The notes under the pieces were generated by a model. The model had not been told where the DNA came from, did not search any database, and saw only the letters and a program-made list of their open reading frames with translations. Made by a program: the position numbers and the translations under genes. DNA of 64,000 nucleotides from Nitrosomonadales bacterium (GTDB taxonomy: Bacteria; Pseudomonadota; Gammaproteobacteria; Burkholderiales; Gallionellaceae), in the NCBI GenBank assembly GCA_016235045.1, contig JACRME010000015.1, forward strand, positions 3,296 through 67,295, read 5' to 3'. Shown piece after piece: positions 9,860 through 18,280 of the stretch (the stretch's first letter is position 1; each line of letters starts with the position of its first letter).

Positions 9860-10720
9860 TCATGCCGCCGCGAGGCTGCCGTTCCAGCTCTGCGCGGCAG
9901 TGAGGAAATCCGCCACGTCGGCATTCACGATCTCGATGTTGAGACGCTCCAGATAGCGCTTCTCCTTGTCGGTCGGGTGCGGGATCAGCGCCCATCCTGC
10001 AGGCTTGCTCGCGCCGAAGATGACGTCGGAGAACACCATGCGGTCGGTGTCGCGGTTCAGGCGCAGGCCGAGCAGCACGTAGCGCTTGTTCTGGCGCGAG
10101 CGCTTGACGAACGAGGGGATGGCGAAACCGCCCATCAACTCGGTGATGTAATCGACAAAGTCGGCATCCGAGGCGATGTAGCTGGATTCCGGCAGCGGCG
10201 TGCCCAGCGGCTTGAACAGCACCGGCAGGCTGGTATCCACCGCCTCCTGTTCGACCGGCGCATAGCTGCTGCCGTCGTAGTTGAAAATGCGGAAGCGGTA
10301 TTCCTTGCCGGACATGCGCGCGATGCCGACGATCAGCGTGTGCGGGGTGGCGGCATATTGCTTCTGGATCTGCGTGTCGCGGTTGCAGTCGATGATGCAA
10401 GGCAGCTTTTGCTGCGCCAGCCAGGCATGCAGTGCCGAGGTGCTCCATTGCGTGTCGCGATAGGTCGCATCGAGGAACTTGTTCACCGCCGAACGGCCGC
10501 GCTTCAGTTCCACGTTCATGGCCGCGCGCGGGAACTCATACATCAGCTTGGGGGCCATCGGCTGGCCGTTGTTCATCGCCAGGATCAGGCTGTCGCTGTC
10601 GGCCGGGATGGCGCGGCCCGAAGCCGGGTCGATCACGCCGTTCAGCGCGCCGGGGCCGAGGTAGGGGACGACGCTGCCGTCGGACAGTCCGGTGAAGATG
10701 GATTCGAACGCAGTGCTCAT
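9860..10720 (-). CDS. SIR2_2-like (Rossmann/SIR2-fold) protein of unknown role
   Basis: ORF 9860..10789 trimmed to ATG 10720 (RBS GAGGAG). Motifs resemble SIR2_2: PYLGPGA (GAG-type loop), IIDCNRD (TTNYD-like), SDADFVDY, LLGLRLNRDTD. The usual K-L-H-G catalytic His position reads F-K-P-L-G. Confidence 0.5.
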   Translation of the reverse strand: MSTAFESIFTGLSDGSVVPYLGPGALNGVIDPASGRAIPADSDSLILAMNNGQPMAPKLMYEFPRAAMNVELKRGRSAVNKFLDATYRDTQWSTSALHAWLAQQKLPCIIDCNRDTQIQKQYAATPHTLIVGIARMSGKEYRFRIFNYDGSSYAPVEQEAVDTSLPVLFKPLGTPLPESSYIASDADFVDYITELMGGFAIPSFVKRSRQNKRYVLLGLRLNRDTDRMVFSDVIFGASKPAGWALIPHPTDKEKRYLERLNIEIVNADVADFLTAAQSWNGSLAAA

Positions 10721-10875
10721 GGGGATGACTCCTCTTGTGATTGACAAGGAATCACTCGCAATAAGCGGGCCAGACGGCACATCCAGCATTGGCGCGGGTT
10801 ACGGACGGGCCGGGTTTGGAGGAAATGCGACAAAAGCGAAAACCCTGTCGCACAAGGGTGCGGGGGTAGGGCCTG

Positions 10876-10936
10876 GGAGCGCCGACGTCCTCGTCGGCAG
10901 TTTTTGAACTGTTGCCGACGGGTCGTCGGCGCTCCC
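10876..10936. repeat. REP-3 long hairpin
   Basis: GGGAGCGCCGACGTCCTCGTCGGCAG...CTGTTGCCGACGGTCGTCGGCGCTCCC, ending one base before the stop of the 10938..11384 gene. Confidence 0.7.
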
Positions 10937-10937
10937 A

Positions 10938-11384
10938 TTATGCGGTGCTGCTTGCGGCCTTCCCGGCCAGTCTTAGCCCATCCCGGAAATTCATGCCCAT
11001 CAGGGTCAGTTGCACCGTTCCGACAATGAGCTCCACAGCCTGTACGGAGTAGAACAATGCATCGAACTCCCCCGCAACTGCCTTGCCGTTAAGAAAGATT
11101 GCCGCCGGAATCATCACCAGCAAACCATTGGCGCCGATGACCGCCATGCGTTTCTTCTTTAGCTCGAGCAAGTCGCCGCTGCGCATCCTGGACAGCATGA
11201 AGCCGGAGCCGCCGGTGGCGGCCATGCACGGCACCAGCAGGAACAGGCCGAAAACGATTGCGTGCTTGACTGCGGCCACGGCCGCATCGTCCAGGAATAT
11301 TTCCGAGACCAGCGTCGATACCCAGAAGAGGGCAATGATCAGCATGGCGGTTGCGCCGGCGGCGGCATGGATAACGGGTTTCAT
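10938..11384 (-). CDS. small integral membrane protein (4 predicted TM helices)
   Basis: 148-aa hydrophobic ORF. Its start overlaps the stop of the upstream MarR gene by 4 nt. Confidence 0.6.
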   Translation of the reverse strand: MKPVIHAAAGATAMLIIALFWVSTLVSEIFLDDAAVAAVKHAIVFGLFLLVPCMAATGGSGFMLSRMRSGDLLELKKKRMAVIGANGLLVMIPAAIFLNGKAVAGEFDALFYSVQAVELIVGTVQLTLMGMNFRDGLRLAGKAASSTA

Positions 11385-11857
11385 GTTTTCGCTCCTTTGG
11401 TTGGAACAGGCGAATCAAGCTGTTCGTATATGCCGTTCAGTGTCTGCAGCGTGCTCTTGAGGTCTTGCAGGGGAAGTTGGGCAGCAAGGGCGTTGGCCCA
11501 GGCATTCTGCAGAGACATCGTCGCGGAGATGGTCTGGTCGCCCTGCGCGGTCAATGCGTAAAGCGGAGAGCGTTCGTGGCGCGGGTTCTGGAGCATTTCC
11601 AGGAAGCCTTCTTCTTCCAGCTTGTTGAGTTGTTTCTGGGCTCCCTGGCGGGTGATGCCCATTGCTTCGGCCACCTGCGGCGCAGAGAGCGCCTTGCCGG
11701 CGAGCGCCACAGCTCCCAGCACTTGCCAGCGGGAGCTGGTGAGGTTGAGGGGGGCAACCAAGAGGTCGCCTTTCTCGAGCAGGCGGCCGTTCACGCGAAA
11801 GACCGCAAGCATGATGTCGGTCAGCACGGACGCCTTGGTGATGGGGTTGGTTGCCAC
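11381..11857 (-). CDS. MarR-family transcriptional regulator
   Basis: Winged-helix region LTSSRWQVLGAVALAGKALSAPQVAEAMGITRQGAQKQLNKLEEEGFL...RHERSPLYALT is typical of MarR. Confidence 0.8.
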   Translation of the reverse strand: MATNPITKASVLTDIMLAVFRVNGRLLEKGDLLVAPLNLTSSRWQVLGAVALAGKALSAPQVAEAMGITRQGAQKQLNKLEEEGFLEMLQNPRHERSPLYALTAQGDQTISATMSLQNAWANALAAQLPLQDLKSTLQTLNGIYEQLDSPVPTKGAKT

Positions 11858-11921
11858 GATGGATTCCCTGATGTTGGCTGTTGGGTACTACAAACCGGGC
11901 GGGGGTTGTAGTGCTATATGG

Positions 11922-11951
11922 CAACCAGTTTCCGCTAGTGGAAACTGGTTG
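11922..11951. promoter_or_regulatory. perfect 12-bp-arm palindrome, candidate MarR operator (or terminator of the upstream convergent-side gene)
   Basis: CAACCAGTTTCC-GCTAGT-GGAAACTGGTTG lies about 65 nt upstream of the MarR start. Confidence 0.4.
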
Positions 11952-12037
11952 TCAATATGTGTTGTGCGCAGACAGCAGCATCGGCCAGCCAAGGGATCGT
12001 AGATAGGGCAAAACGCCACAACTGGCGCGCCCATTTG

Positions 12038-12802
12038 CTAAAGCTCGAACACGTGCCTGCGCTGCAACACCTGCGGTTTGAATTTTCCCGCTGCTTCGAG
12101 CACTTCCTGCAGGGTTGCATCTTCGTACCCGGCTTCCATGTGCACGATATACAAGTCCATCGGACGTTCCAGCAGGCGCAATCCCCGGGCCAGCAGTTCC
12201 GCCGTGGTGTGGCCGGAGCGCTCCGCCCCTGCGGCGTTGTCGTTGCGGAACGTGGTCTCGACCAACAGGTACTTCAGATTGTCGATGCGGTTCAGTGTCC
12301 GCCAGAAATCCTCGCAGAACGTAGTGTCGCCGCTGTACACCCAACTGGCCCGCCCGCTGTCCACCCGGTAGGCCACACAGGGCACGGAATGGCGCGCAGG
12401 CAGTGCCGTGATGCGCCTGCCGCCCAACTCCACGGTCTCGCCAAGGCGTATCGGTCGGAAACGGAGGAACGGGCGCTCGGGCGTGGGCTGCACCGTGTAA
12501 TCCGGCCACAGCCTGTTGTTGAGCATGTGTTCCTTGAGCGTGGCGATGGTCTCCGGCAGCGCATATACGGTTAGCGGCGATTCGCGGAAACTGCCGACGG
12601 CATCGGCCAGCAGGGGCAGGAAGGCGCAGTGATCGAGGTGCGAGTGGGTGAGGAAAACGGTGTCGATCGCAATGGATTGCGCCAGGCTCAACTCGCCCGC
12701 GCCGGAGCCGGCATCGACCAGGATGTCATGATCCACCTGGTAACAGGTGGTGCGCAGATTGCTGGTGATGCTGCCGTTACAACCGAGGGTGGTGATGCGC
12801 AT
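12038..12802 (-). CDS. cpdP: class II 3',5'-cyclic-nucleotide phosphodiesterase (metallo-beta-lactamase fold)
   Basis: ORF 12038..12937 trimmed to ATG 12802 (RBS GGAGGA). MRITTLGCNGSI...VDAGSGAG...VFLTHSHLDHC matches the class II cAMP PDE signature (HxHLDH). Confidence 0.75.
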   Translation of the reverse strand: MRITTLGCNGSITSNLRTTCYQVDHDILVDAGSGAGELSLAQSIAIDTVFLTHSHLDHCAFLPLLADAVGSFRESPLTVYALPETIATLKEHMLNNRLWPDYTVQPTPERPFLRFRPIRLGETVELGGRRITALPARHSVPCVAYRVDSGRASWVYSGDTTFCEDFWRTLNRIDNLKYLLVETTFRNDNAAGAERSGHTTAELLARGLRLLERPMDLYIVHMEAGYEDATLQEVLEAAGKFKPQVLQRRHVFEL

Positions 12803-12863
12803 GGTGTCCTCCCTGTCTGTTGACTGGTGGGTGGCGGCGGTCATTTCTTGCCTCAATCGCGGA

Positions 12864-13343
12864 TCAGGGGCGGCGAAAATGCACGACAAACCCTCCCAGC
12901 CAGACGACGAGGCCGACCAGGAAAGCAGCCATGCCACTGAAGAGCAGGGGCTCGGGAAGCAGCGGCGGGTTTTGTTCGTTCGCCTTGACTACCAGCCAAT
13001 GGACGAAGCAAATAAACACGGCGAGGAAGAAACTGAAGCGGCTGCTGTGCTTGCGAAGATAGGCGAGGGTGTCGGCCTGACGTTCCGGTGCCAGCCAGTA
13101 CTCGCGGTTGGGAAGATTGATGAAACGTGCAGGCAGCATACTGCCGATGCTCGTGAGCAGGGAGATCAGGAGCGGCAAGGCCACCAGCAATGCGACAGTG
13201 AGGTGCATATAGGTGTCGCGCGGCACAAAGCCGTTGGCCGCGCCGCCTGCGATGAAGTGCGAAGCGACCACCGGCGGCAACGAACGGCCGGTAACGAGGA
13301 CGAAGGCGACGGCGAACACCAGAGTCAGTAGCAGCGGGCGCAT
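12864..13343 (-). CDS. membrane protein (DUF1648-like)
   Basis: 159 aa with four hydrophobic segments. No catalytic motif recognised. Confidence 0.55.
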   Translation of the reverse strand: MRPLLLTLVFAVAFVLVTGRSLPPVVASHFIAGGAANGFVPRDTYMHLTVALLVALPLLISLLTSIGSMLPARFINLPNREYWLAPERQADTLAYLRKHSSRFSFFLAVFICFVHWLVVKANEQNPPLLPEPLLFSGMAAFLVGLVVWLGGFVVHFRRP

Positions 13344-13412
13344 GGTCTGAAATTCCTTGGCATCAAAGCCGCCGGCGACCCGGCGGGCGCATCATCATGG
13401 TTGAAGGAGGCC

Positions 13413-13823
13413 TCATTTTGCGTCAAAGCCGATCTCGATGCCATACGTCAGCCTGGCCAGAGTACGCGGCGCTTTCTCGCCTTCGGCGAGCTCGCAACTG
13501 ACGACAACTTTATCGTTGCTTAGCCACGCGTAGGACACAGGCGTCTTGCAGTAGCCGGCGAAGAAGACGTAGCCATCATCCGGCTGCGCAAGCGTTTTTC
13601 CGAAGGACAGGGAAAGCGTCGTTCCATAAGGTGCGTGCCCCACCCCATCCTGATTGGATCTGAACTCGTGGATTGTTTTTTTTCCATCCGGGGATGGCAG
13701 CTGCGATCCTTTCGAGTAATTCAGGTTGTCCATCACAAAGCCCAGTGCCTGCAGCAGGATAAACAGTCCAATGACGAACCAAGGCAGCCTTGATGCGATC
13801 ATGGATGGGGAAATGCGCGACAT
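13413..13823 (-). CDS. hypothetical membrane-anchored protein
   Basis: 136 aa with one N-terminal TM helix (LPWFVIGLFILLQALGFV). No family recognised. Confidence 0.5.
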   Translation of the reverse strand: MSRISPSMIASRLPWFVIGLFILLQALGFVMDNLNYSKGSQLPSPDGKKTIHEFRSNQDGVGHAPYGTTLSLSFGKTLAQPDDGYVFFAGYCKTPVSYAWLSNDKVVVSCELAEGEKAPRTLARLTYGIEIGFDAK

Positions 13824-13848
13824 GTGGTTTTGAGCCTTATAGAGGTTA

Positions 13849-13873
13849 GAAAGCCCAGCGATGCTGGGCTTTC
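13849..13873. terminator. 11-bp GC-rich hairpin downstream of the kinase-HD gene
   Basis: GAAAGCCCAGC-gat-GCTGGGCTTTC. There is no clear U-tract on either strand, so its function as a terminator is uncertain. Confidence 0.35.
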
Positions 13874-14023
13874 TATTGTGAGAGGTATTTCGATGCTGAC
13901 CATATCACCGGACGTATTGCGATGCCCATATCGCTTCATGGTGCTTCATTTCTAGACCTGACCCATGTTCCACGAACACGGCCCCTTTAATGCCCCTTTA
14001 ATGCCCTCAGGGTACGTCCCCTA

Positions 14024-16366
14024 CTATTCGTCAAAATCAATTTTACCCCTGCCATCAAACATTTCTTCGGCAGACAAAATTATGCTTGGTATAAATGGCG
14101 CAGCTCTATTATGAATTTCAGGCCTAAGATAAACTCTAACTGGTGCGATATGTGCGGTAGGGAGAGTGAATATTGATTCAGCGAGATGCGAAACATCGGT
14201 AATCTGAACTTCGGTTCGTTCATCACCACGCAACACCTTAACCATTCTATTCGAGGGTTTGCCCCATGGCACATCAATTAATACGTCATTGGAAGAAACC
14301 TCAATATTTTTTTGCTGTAGTGCATTAATATATGCACCGCGTAAACGCCTAACCTGATCCCAATCAATAGGCATTGAATTACCATTCCCGTACGCAATCG
14401 ATGAGAGATTTTGCTTTACTATTCTTGAATAGATATTCTCGACTGACCGCTGCGTTGCATGTGTCGCATCAACCCAAGCATATCGCTTTATTGGAATATA
14501 TATTTCCTTGAAGTTGTAGTCCTTGTGCAAATTAACTAAACGTAGCGCATCCACACGATGTTTCTTTAATGCATCAGCCCTTGGCAGTAGAATGCGCTGC
14601 ATGGCGTCGTACTCACTGGAACAGTTCTTAAGCTGACCAACAATATTTCGCAAAATTGACAAATCACGACCAACAACAATATCTAAAAACCTGTGAAACA
14701 TAGCAAATAAGGCGCGAGTAGTTTCGTGCCAATATACTGAGGCCAGCATCTGGTCCTGGGCAAGAACCATACCCTCCACTGGTGCCACCCCATCTTCATG
14801 TATGACAAGGCGGCCAGTGGTAGGCGAACAGCGAAAGCTATTGAATATTTGCTCAACATTCAACCCATTGCCATAAGGGACGCCGCAGTGGTGAGCATCT
14901 CTGCGCAAATAGTCGATTTTGTCACAATCAATTGGCCCATCGAGAATATCTGACAAGAGTCCTGAACCGCCCTGCAAGTTTTTGTGTACTTCATCATTGC
15001 CATCTTCGCCCCAGTGATTCTCAATTGCTGACTTAAGGTCATTATCATTCTTTATTAGATGCAAAGAATGCTCAAAATGATGTATGTCAGATTTCAATTC
15101 TTTATCTTCAGGATACCTAGCCGCAACGTAGTGCTCTATGACATGCGCGAATGGATAATGCCCAACATCATGAAGAAGAGCCGCCAGTAATAGACCATCT
15201 ACATTTCGCTGATTGTGGTTTACCTTGAAGACTGGGTCGCGAATCAAGTGTTGCAGTGCTGAATATGCTGCACCATAAACGCCGATTGAATGCTCAAATC
15301 TAGTATGTGTACCACCGGGGAAAAACCACTCACAAAATGAAAGTTGTTTAATACCCCTTAGCCTTTGAAAACACTTGGTGTTAATGATATCCAGGATTGG
15401 TTCACCAACAGATATGCGCCCAGTAGCAGGCATAGGAATATATGATCTGTTACCGTCCCCCCCTAGCAATAGTCGCTCAGTTCTTGTGAGCAGCAAATTT
15501 GGGTCTATAACTTGCTCAAAGCGCTCACGAACAACACGCCAGTTATTTAGCTTTCCATAGTGCAGGTTAGCCGCAAAGTCCATGTAAGCTAACCGTTGTT
15601 CAGTATTTGCTTTACCAAAAAAAACATTTTTCATTAGGGCTAGCAGCCTGCCTAAAGCCCTAAAGTCGTTTTCTTGAAAGACCTGATTGTGTAATTGCCG
15701 ATCAACAGAATATCTGAAACCAGGTATATCAAATATATCCTTGTGACCAAGATGACCACGGTCATCTGTTGTTGGTGCCTCAGCAGACTCACGATGACCG
15801 GAACCGTAATCAATAATCATTATCCCGTCGGCGAGAATTCTGGGGCCGATTAGAATATTTTCTTCATGCAAATCGCAATGAGTTCTTCCCTCCCCATGCA
15901 AGTATTCCAATGCATCAATTAGTGATGTAACCACAAATGTTGCTTCACTTAACTCAATCATTTCCCCCGACGAACGAAATTGCGCCCAAGTTTGGCCTGG
16001 GTGAAATGTACAAACATAGTAGGGTAAGGGCGCGTTGGTATCCTCCTCATAGACTCTTGGGAGACACCTATGATTTAGTGGCTTCAATATTTCAACTTCT
16101 TTTTTGAGCGTTTCCCGAACGCGCTCACGATCACGATCAGCCACAGATTCCTTGACTGTTTTCAAGCAATATATACCTCGCTCACCACGCCAACGAATTT
16201 GAAAAGTTTGGCCAGTTTTTCCGCTAAGGTGTTCCTTATGAAAGTCATATCGAGAAAGAAGCTTCATTCCGATACTATCAATATAAGAAGGAAATGCTGC
16301 GGAGTCTGCACCTGCCAACAAGTTTCCGGTTTTACCTTGTTTTTTCATATCGACCACCAAAACCAT
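14024..16366 (-). CDS. fusion protein: N-terminal Ser/Thr-protein-kinase-like domain + SAMHD1/dGTPase-like HD phosphohydrolase domain + about 250-aa C-terminal region
   Basis: Kinase-like motifs: CLK (VAIK-type Lys), HCDLHEENILIG (catalytic loop, Asp and Asn kept), IIDYGSG (DFG-like). HD motifs: RFEHSIGV, LLHDVGHYPFAH, DCDKIDYLRRD, the spacing typical of SAMHD1-type dNTP triphosphohydrolases. Coding sequence is about 40% GC against more than 60% in the flanks. An alternative start is ATG 16348. Confidence 0.8.
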   Translation of the reverse strand: MVLVVDMKKQGKTGNLLAGADSAAFPSYIDSIGMKLLSRYDFHKEHLSGKTGQTFQIRWRGERGIYCLKTVKESVADRDRERVRETLKKEVEILKPLNHRCLPRVYEEDTNAPLPYYVCTFHPGQTWAQFRSSGEMIELSEATFVVTSLIDALEYLHGEGRTHCDLHEENILIGPRILADGIMIIDYGSGHRESAEAPTTDDRGHLGHKDIFDIPGFRYSVDRQLHNQVFQENDFRALGRLLALMKNVFFGKANTEQRLAYMDFAANLHYGKLNNWRVVRERFEQVIDPNLLLTRTERLLLGGDGNRSYIPMPATGRISVGEPILDIINTKCFQRLRGIKQLSFCEWFFPGGTHTRFEHSIGVYGAAYSALQHLIRDPVFKVNHNQRNVDGLLLAALLHDVGHYPFAHVIEHYVAARYPEDKELKSDIHHFEHSLHLIKNDNDLKSAIENHWGEDGNDEVHKNLQGGSGLLSDILDGPIDCDKIDYLRRDAHHCGVPYGNGLNVEQIFNSFRCSPTTGRLVIHEDGVAPVEGMVLAQDQMLASVYWHETTRALFAMFHRFLDIVVGRDLSILRNIVGQLKNCSSEYDAMQRILLPRADALKKHRVDALRLVNLHKDYNFKEIYIPIKRYAWVDATHATQRSVENIYSRIVKQNLSSIAYGNGNSMPIDWDQVRRLRGAYINALQQKNIEVSSNDVLIDVPWGKPSNRMVKVLRGDERTEVQITDVSHLAESIFTLPTAHIAPVRVYLRPEIHNRAAPFIPSIILSAEEMFDGRGKIDFDE

Positions 16367-16503
16367 ACATCACGTGTCATGCAATTAAGCTTCTTTGAAA
16401 AAACACCCCGCTGTGCACGTGCACACACCAACCGCGCAGCATGACTGTGCGGCACAGTCTTTCTGTGGTGGTGTACCACACGACAATATCTGCCCACACT
16501 CAC

Positions 16504-17253
16504 TTATCTGCAATCCAATGTAGGCATTTCATCCCAAGTCTTCCCATCAAAGATTCGGCCATTGTTTCTTTTCGGTCGTTTCTTACCATCCGCACCCCAT
16601 CCGCCCCATTGCTTGAAGAAAAACGCTACACCATCTTTCTCACATTGCTCTTTTATTGTTTCCACCCACGCTGCTTTCATTGGCCTAGCCTTGGGGCCGG
16701 ATTCGCCACCTACGATCACCCAGTGTATGCCGCGCAAATCCATTACGCCAACATCATCCAGCAATGGTTCGACTGATAAGAATCGAATACCCGCATTAAT
16801 TTCCCGCAAGTCATCAATTCGCTGAAGACCATATTGTCTATTCTCCACAGATACGCCTAGCCAGACATTGTCAGGCACTAGACGCCCTCGCGTCGAAAAA
16901 TACTTGCGCATCCTTGCTGACCGTTTGGTCAATATCTGATACGTGTGTTGTGGTGTGCGTTTGATCACATCAAATACCTGATCGAGAAACTCAAAAGGTA
17001 TGTCGTTATGAAATAGATCGCTCATTGAGTTAACAAAGTACGTCGTCTTTTTACGCCGCATCAGCGGTTGCTCAAGACGCTCGGGCAGGATGCTGAGATT
17101 GAAGCCGTTCTCGTACCCCCTCGCACCCATTGCCTTAAGCCGCTTCGCCATGACCTCTGCGTAGCAATGTTTGCAGCCGGGCGATATCTTTGTGCATCCC
17201 GTTGTCGGGTTCCACGTTTGCTCTGTCCATTCTATTGTTGTTGTGCTTGTCAT
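16504..17253 (-). CDS. DUF5131 / phage Gp37-Gp68 family three-Cys-motif protein
   Basis: ORF 16504..17274 trimmed to ATG 17253 (RBS AAGGAGG 5 nt upstream). TIEWTEQTWNPTTGCTKISPGCKHCYA is the family's N-terminal signature. ...VIVGGESGP...FFFKQWGG also fits. Confidence 0.8.
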   Translation of the reverse strand: MTSTTTIEWTEQTWNPTTGCTKISPGCKHCYAEVMAKRLKAMGARGYENGFNLSILPERLEQPLMRRKKTTYFVNSMSDLFHNDIPFEFLDQVFDVIKRTPQHTYQILTKRSARMRKYFSTRGRLVPDNVWLGVSVENRQYGLQRIDDLREINAGIRFLSVEPLLDDVGVMDLRGIHWVIVGGESGPKARPMKAAWVETIKEQCEKDGVAFFFKQWGGWGADGKKRPKRNNGRIFDGKTWDEMPTLDCR

Positions 17254-17322
17254 ATGTACCTCCTTAGCTCGCAACTAATTCTAAAGCATTTCGACCTTGG
17301 TCTCTTCGCACGCAGGCATCAA

Positions 17323-18144
17323 TCAAAACAAATCACCTTGTCCCTCTGGGTTTGCGGCTGTTTTCCAGAACTTATGTGCCAATTCATGGCGTGCGGCAAG
17401 CAATAGCCAGTAAAGCGGCTGATTCTTCTCACCTGTGATGAGCCGCTGATCAATTGACGGCCATACACCAAGACTCGTTACTTTCTCACGCCAATACTCA
17501 ACCACACGCATGCGGATTTCTTGCTGTGCACCAGTCGTTGCCACGCGTGCGCGCCAACCAGGAGCAAAAGCATCAAAGGCTGAATCATCGGCGGCCAGAT
17601 TTACTGATAAATTGCGGTTCAAATCCATAGCGCTGAGGTGTATCAGTAGGTCAATTCGTTTGAGCGCGGCAAGAGTGCTGATCACTTTGAAGTCCAATGC
17701 CTCTAAGCTGTAAGGATCGACGAAAGCGAAATGAAGCGCATAACCACTGACCGCTGATACCATTTTATCGACAGCATCCGCTGCACAAGCGTGGATTGGA
17801 TGTACAGGTGCATTGAGCTTGCGTAGCCTCTCAGCACATGCATTTAGCTTTATCTCGTCGTTGTCGGAAATGTAGATATCTGTAAACGGAGCTCCGCCTT
17901 CAAGACTGGTTTTCCATGCGCCAACAACACCGCCATCAATCCACTCATTAGTACCTCTGATACGTGAACGTCCGGTTCCGCAAAATAAATCGAAATAAAC
18001 AGCGCCACCCTTTCGCTCACCGATATATTTCTTTCGCGTGCCGCGTGAGATATCTAGATATCGCTTGAGATAGGAGTGCTTCTCTTTTGCCCATGCGCCT
18101 ACTTCATCAGCAGGCAGACCATCATCGCCGTCAATTAGCGCCAC
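17323..18144 (-). CDS. tcmP: three-Cys-motif partner protein TcmP-like (methyltransferase-like fold)
   Basis: ORF 17323..18240 trimmed to GTG 18144 (RBS AGAGGAAG). DGLPADEVGAWAKEKHSYLKRYL...YFDLFCGTG... resembles the TcmP family, which is regularly encoded next to DUF5131 proteins. Confidence 0.65.
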   Translation of the reverse strand: MALIDGDDGLPADEVGAWAKEKHSYLKRYLDISRGTRKKYIGERKGGAVYFDLFCGTGRSRIRGTNEWIDGGVVGAWKTSLEGGAPFTDIYISDNDEIKLNACAERLRKLNAPVHPIHACAADAVDKMVSAVSGYALHFAFVDPYSLEALDFKVISTLAALKRIDLLIHLSAMDLNRNLSVNLAADDSAFDAFAPGWRARVATTGAQQEIRMRVVEYWREKVTSLGVWPSIDQRLITGEKNQPLYWLLLAARHELAHKFWKTAANPEGQGDLF

Positions 18145-18199
18145 AGCACTTCCTCTTAATGTGTGATATGACGAAGCGCGGGCGTACAAAGTGTGGCCA

Positions 18200-18280
18200 T
18201 ACAATCGGCCTGAGTGAAGAATGTTCGGTGAGTCTCGCAATCAAGTGCTTCCCCTTTGCTGAACAAGTGTGCCGCTGGCG
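18200..18280 (-). repeat. 81-nt conserved leader/promoter module (copy A), upstream of the tcmP-like gene
   Basis: About 87% identical to 20411-20492 and nearly identical over the central 50 nt or so (GATCAAGTGCTTCCCCTTTGCTGAACAAGTGTGCCGCTGGCGATGC). Confidence 0.75.

Noticed and set aside
18248-18263. Sigma-54-like GGCAC...GC in the duplicated leader (minus strand GGCACACTTGTTCAGC)
   Set aside because: GG-to-GC spacing is 14-15 nt instead of 12. The TTGC element is absent.
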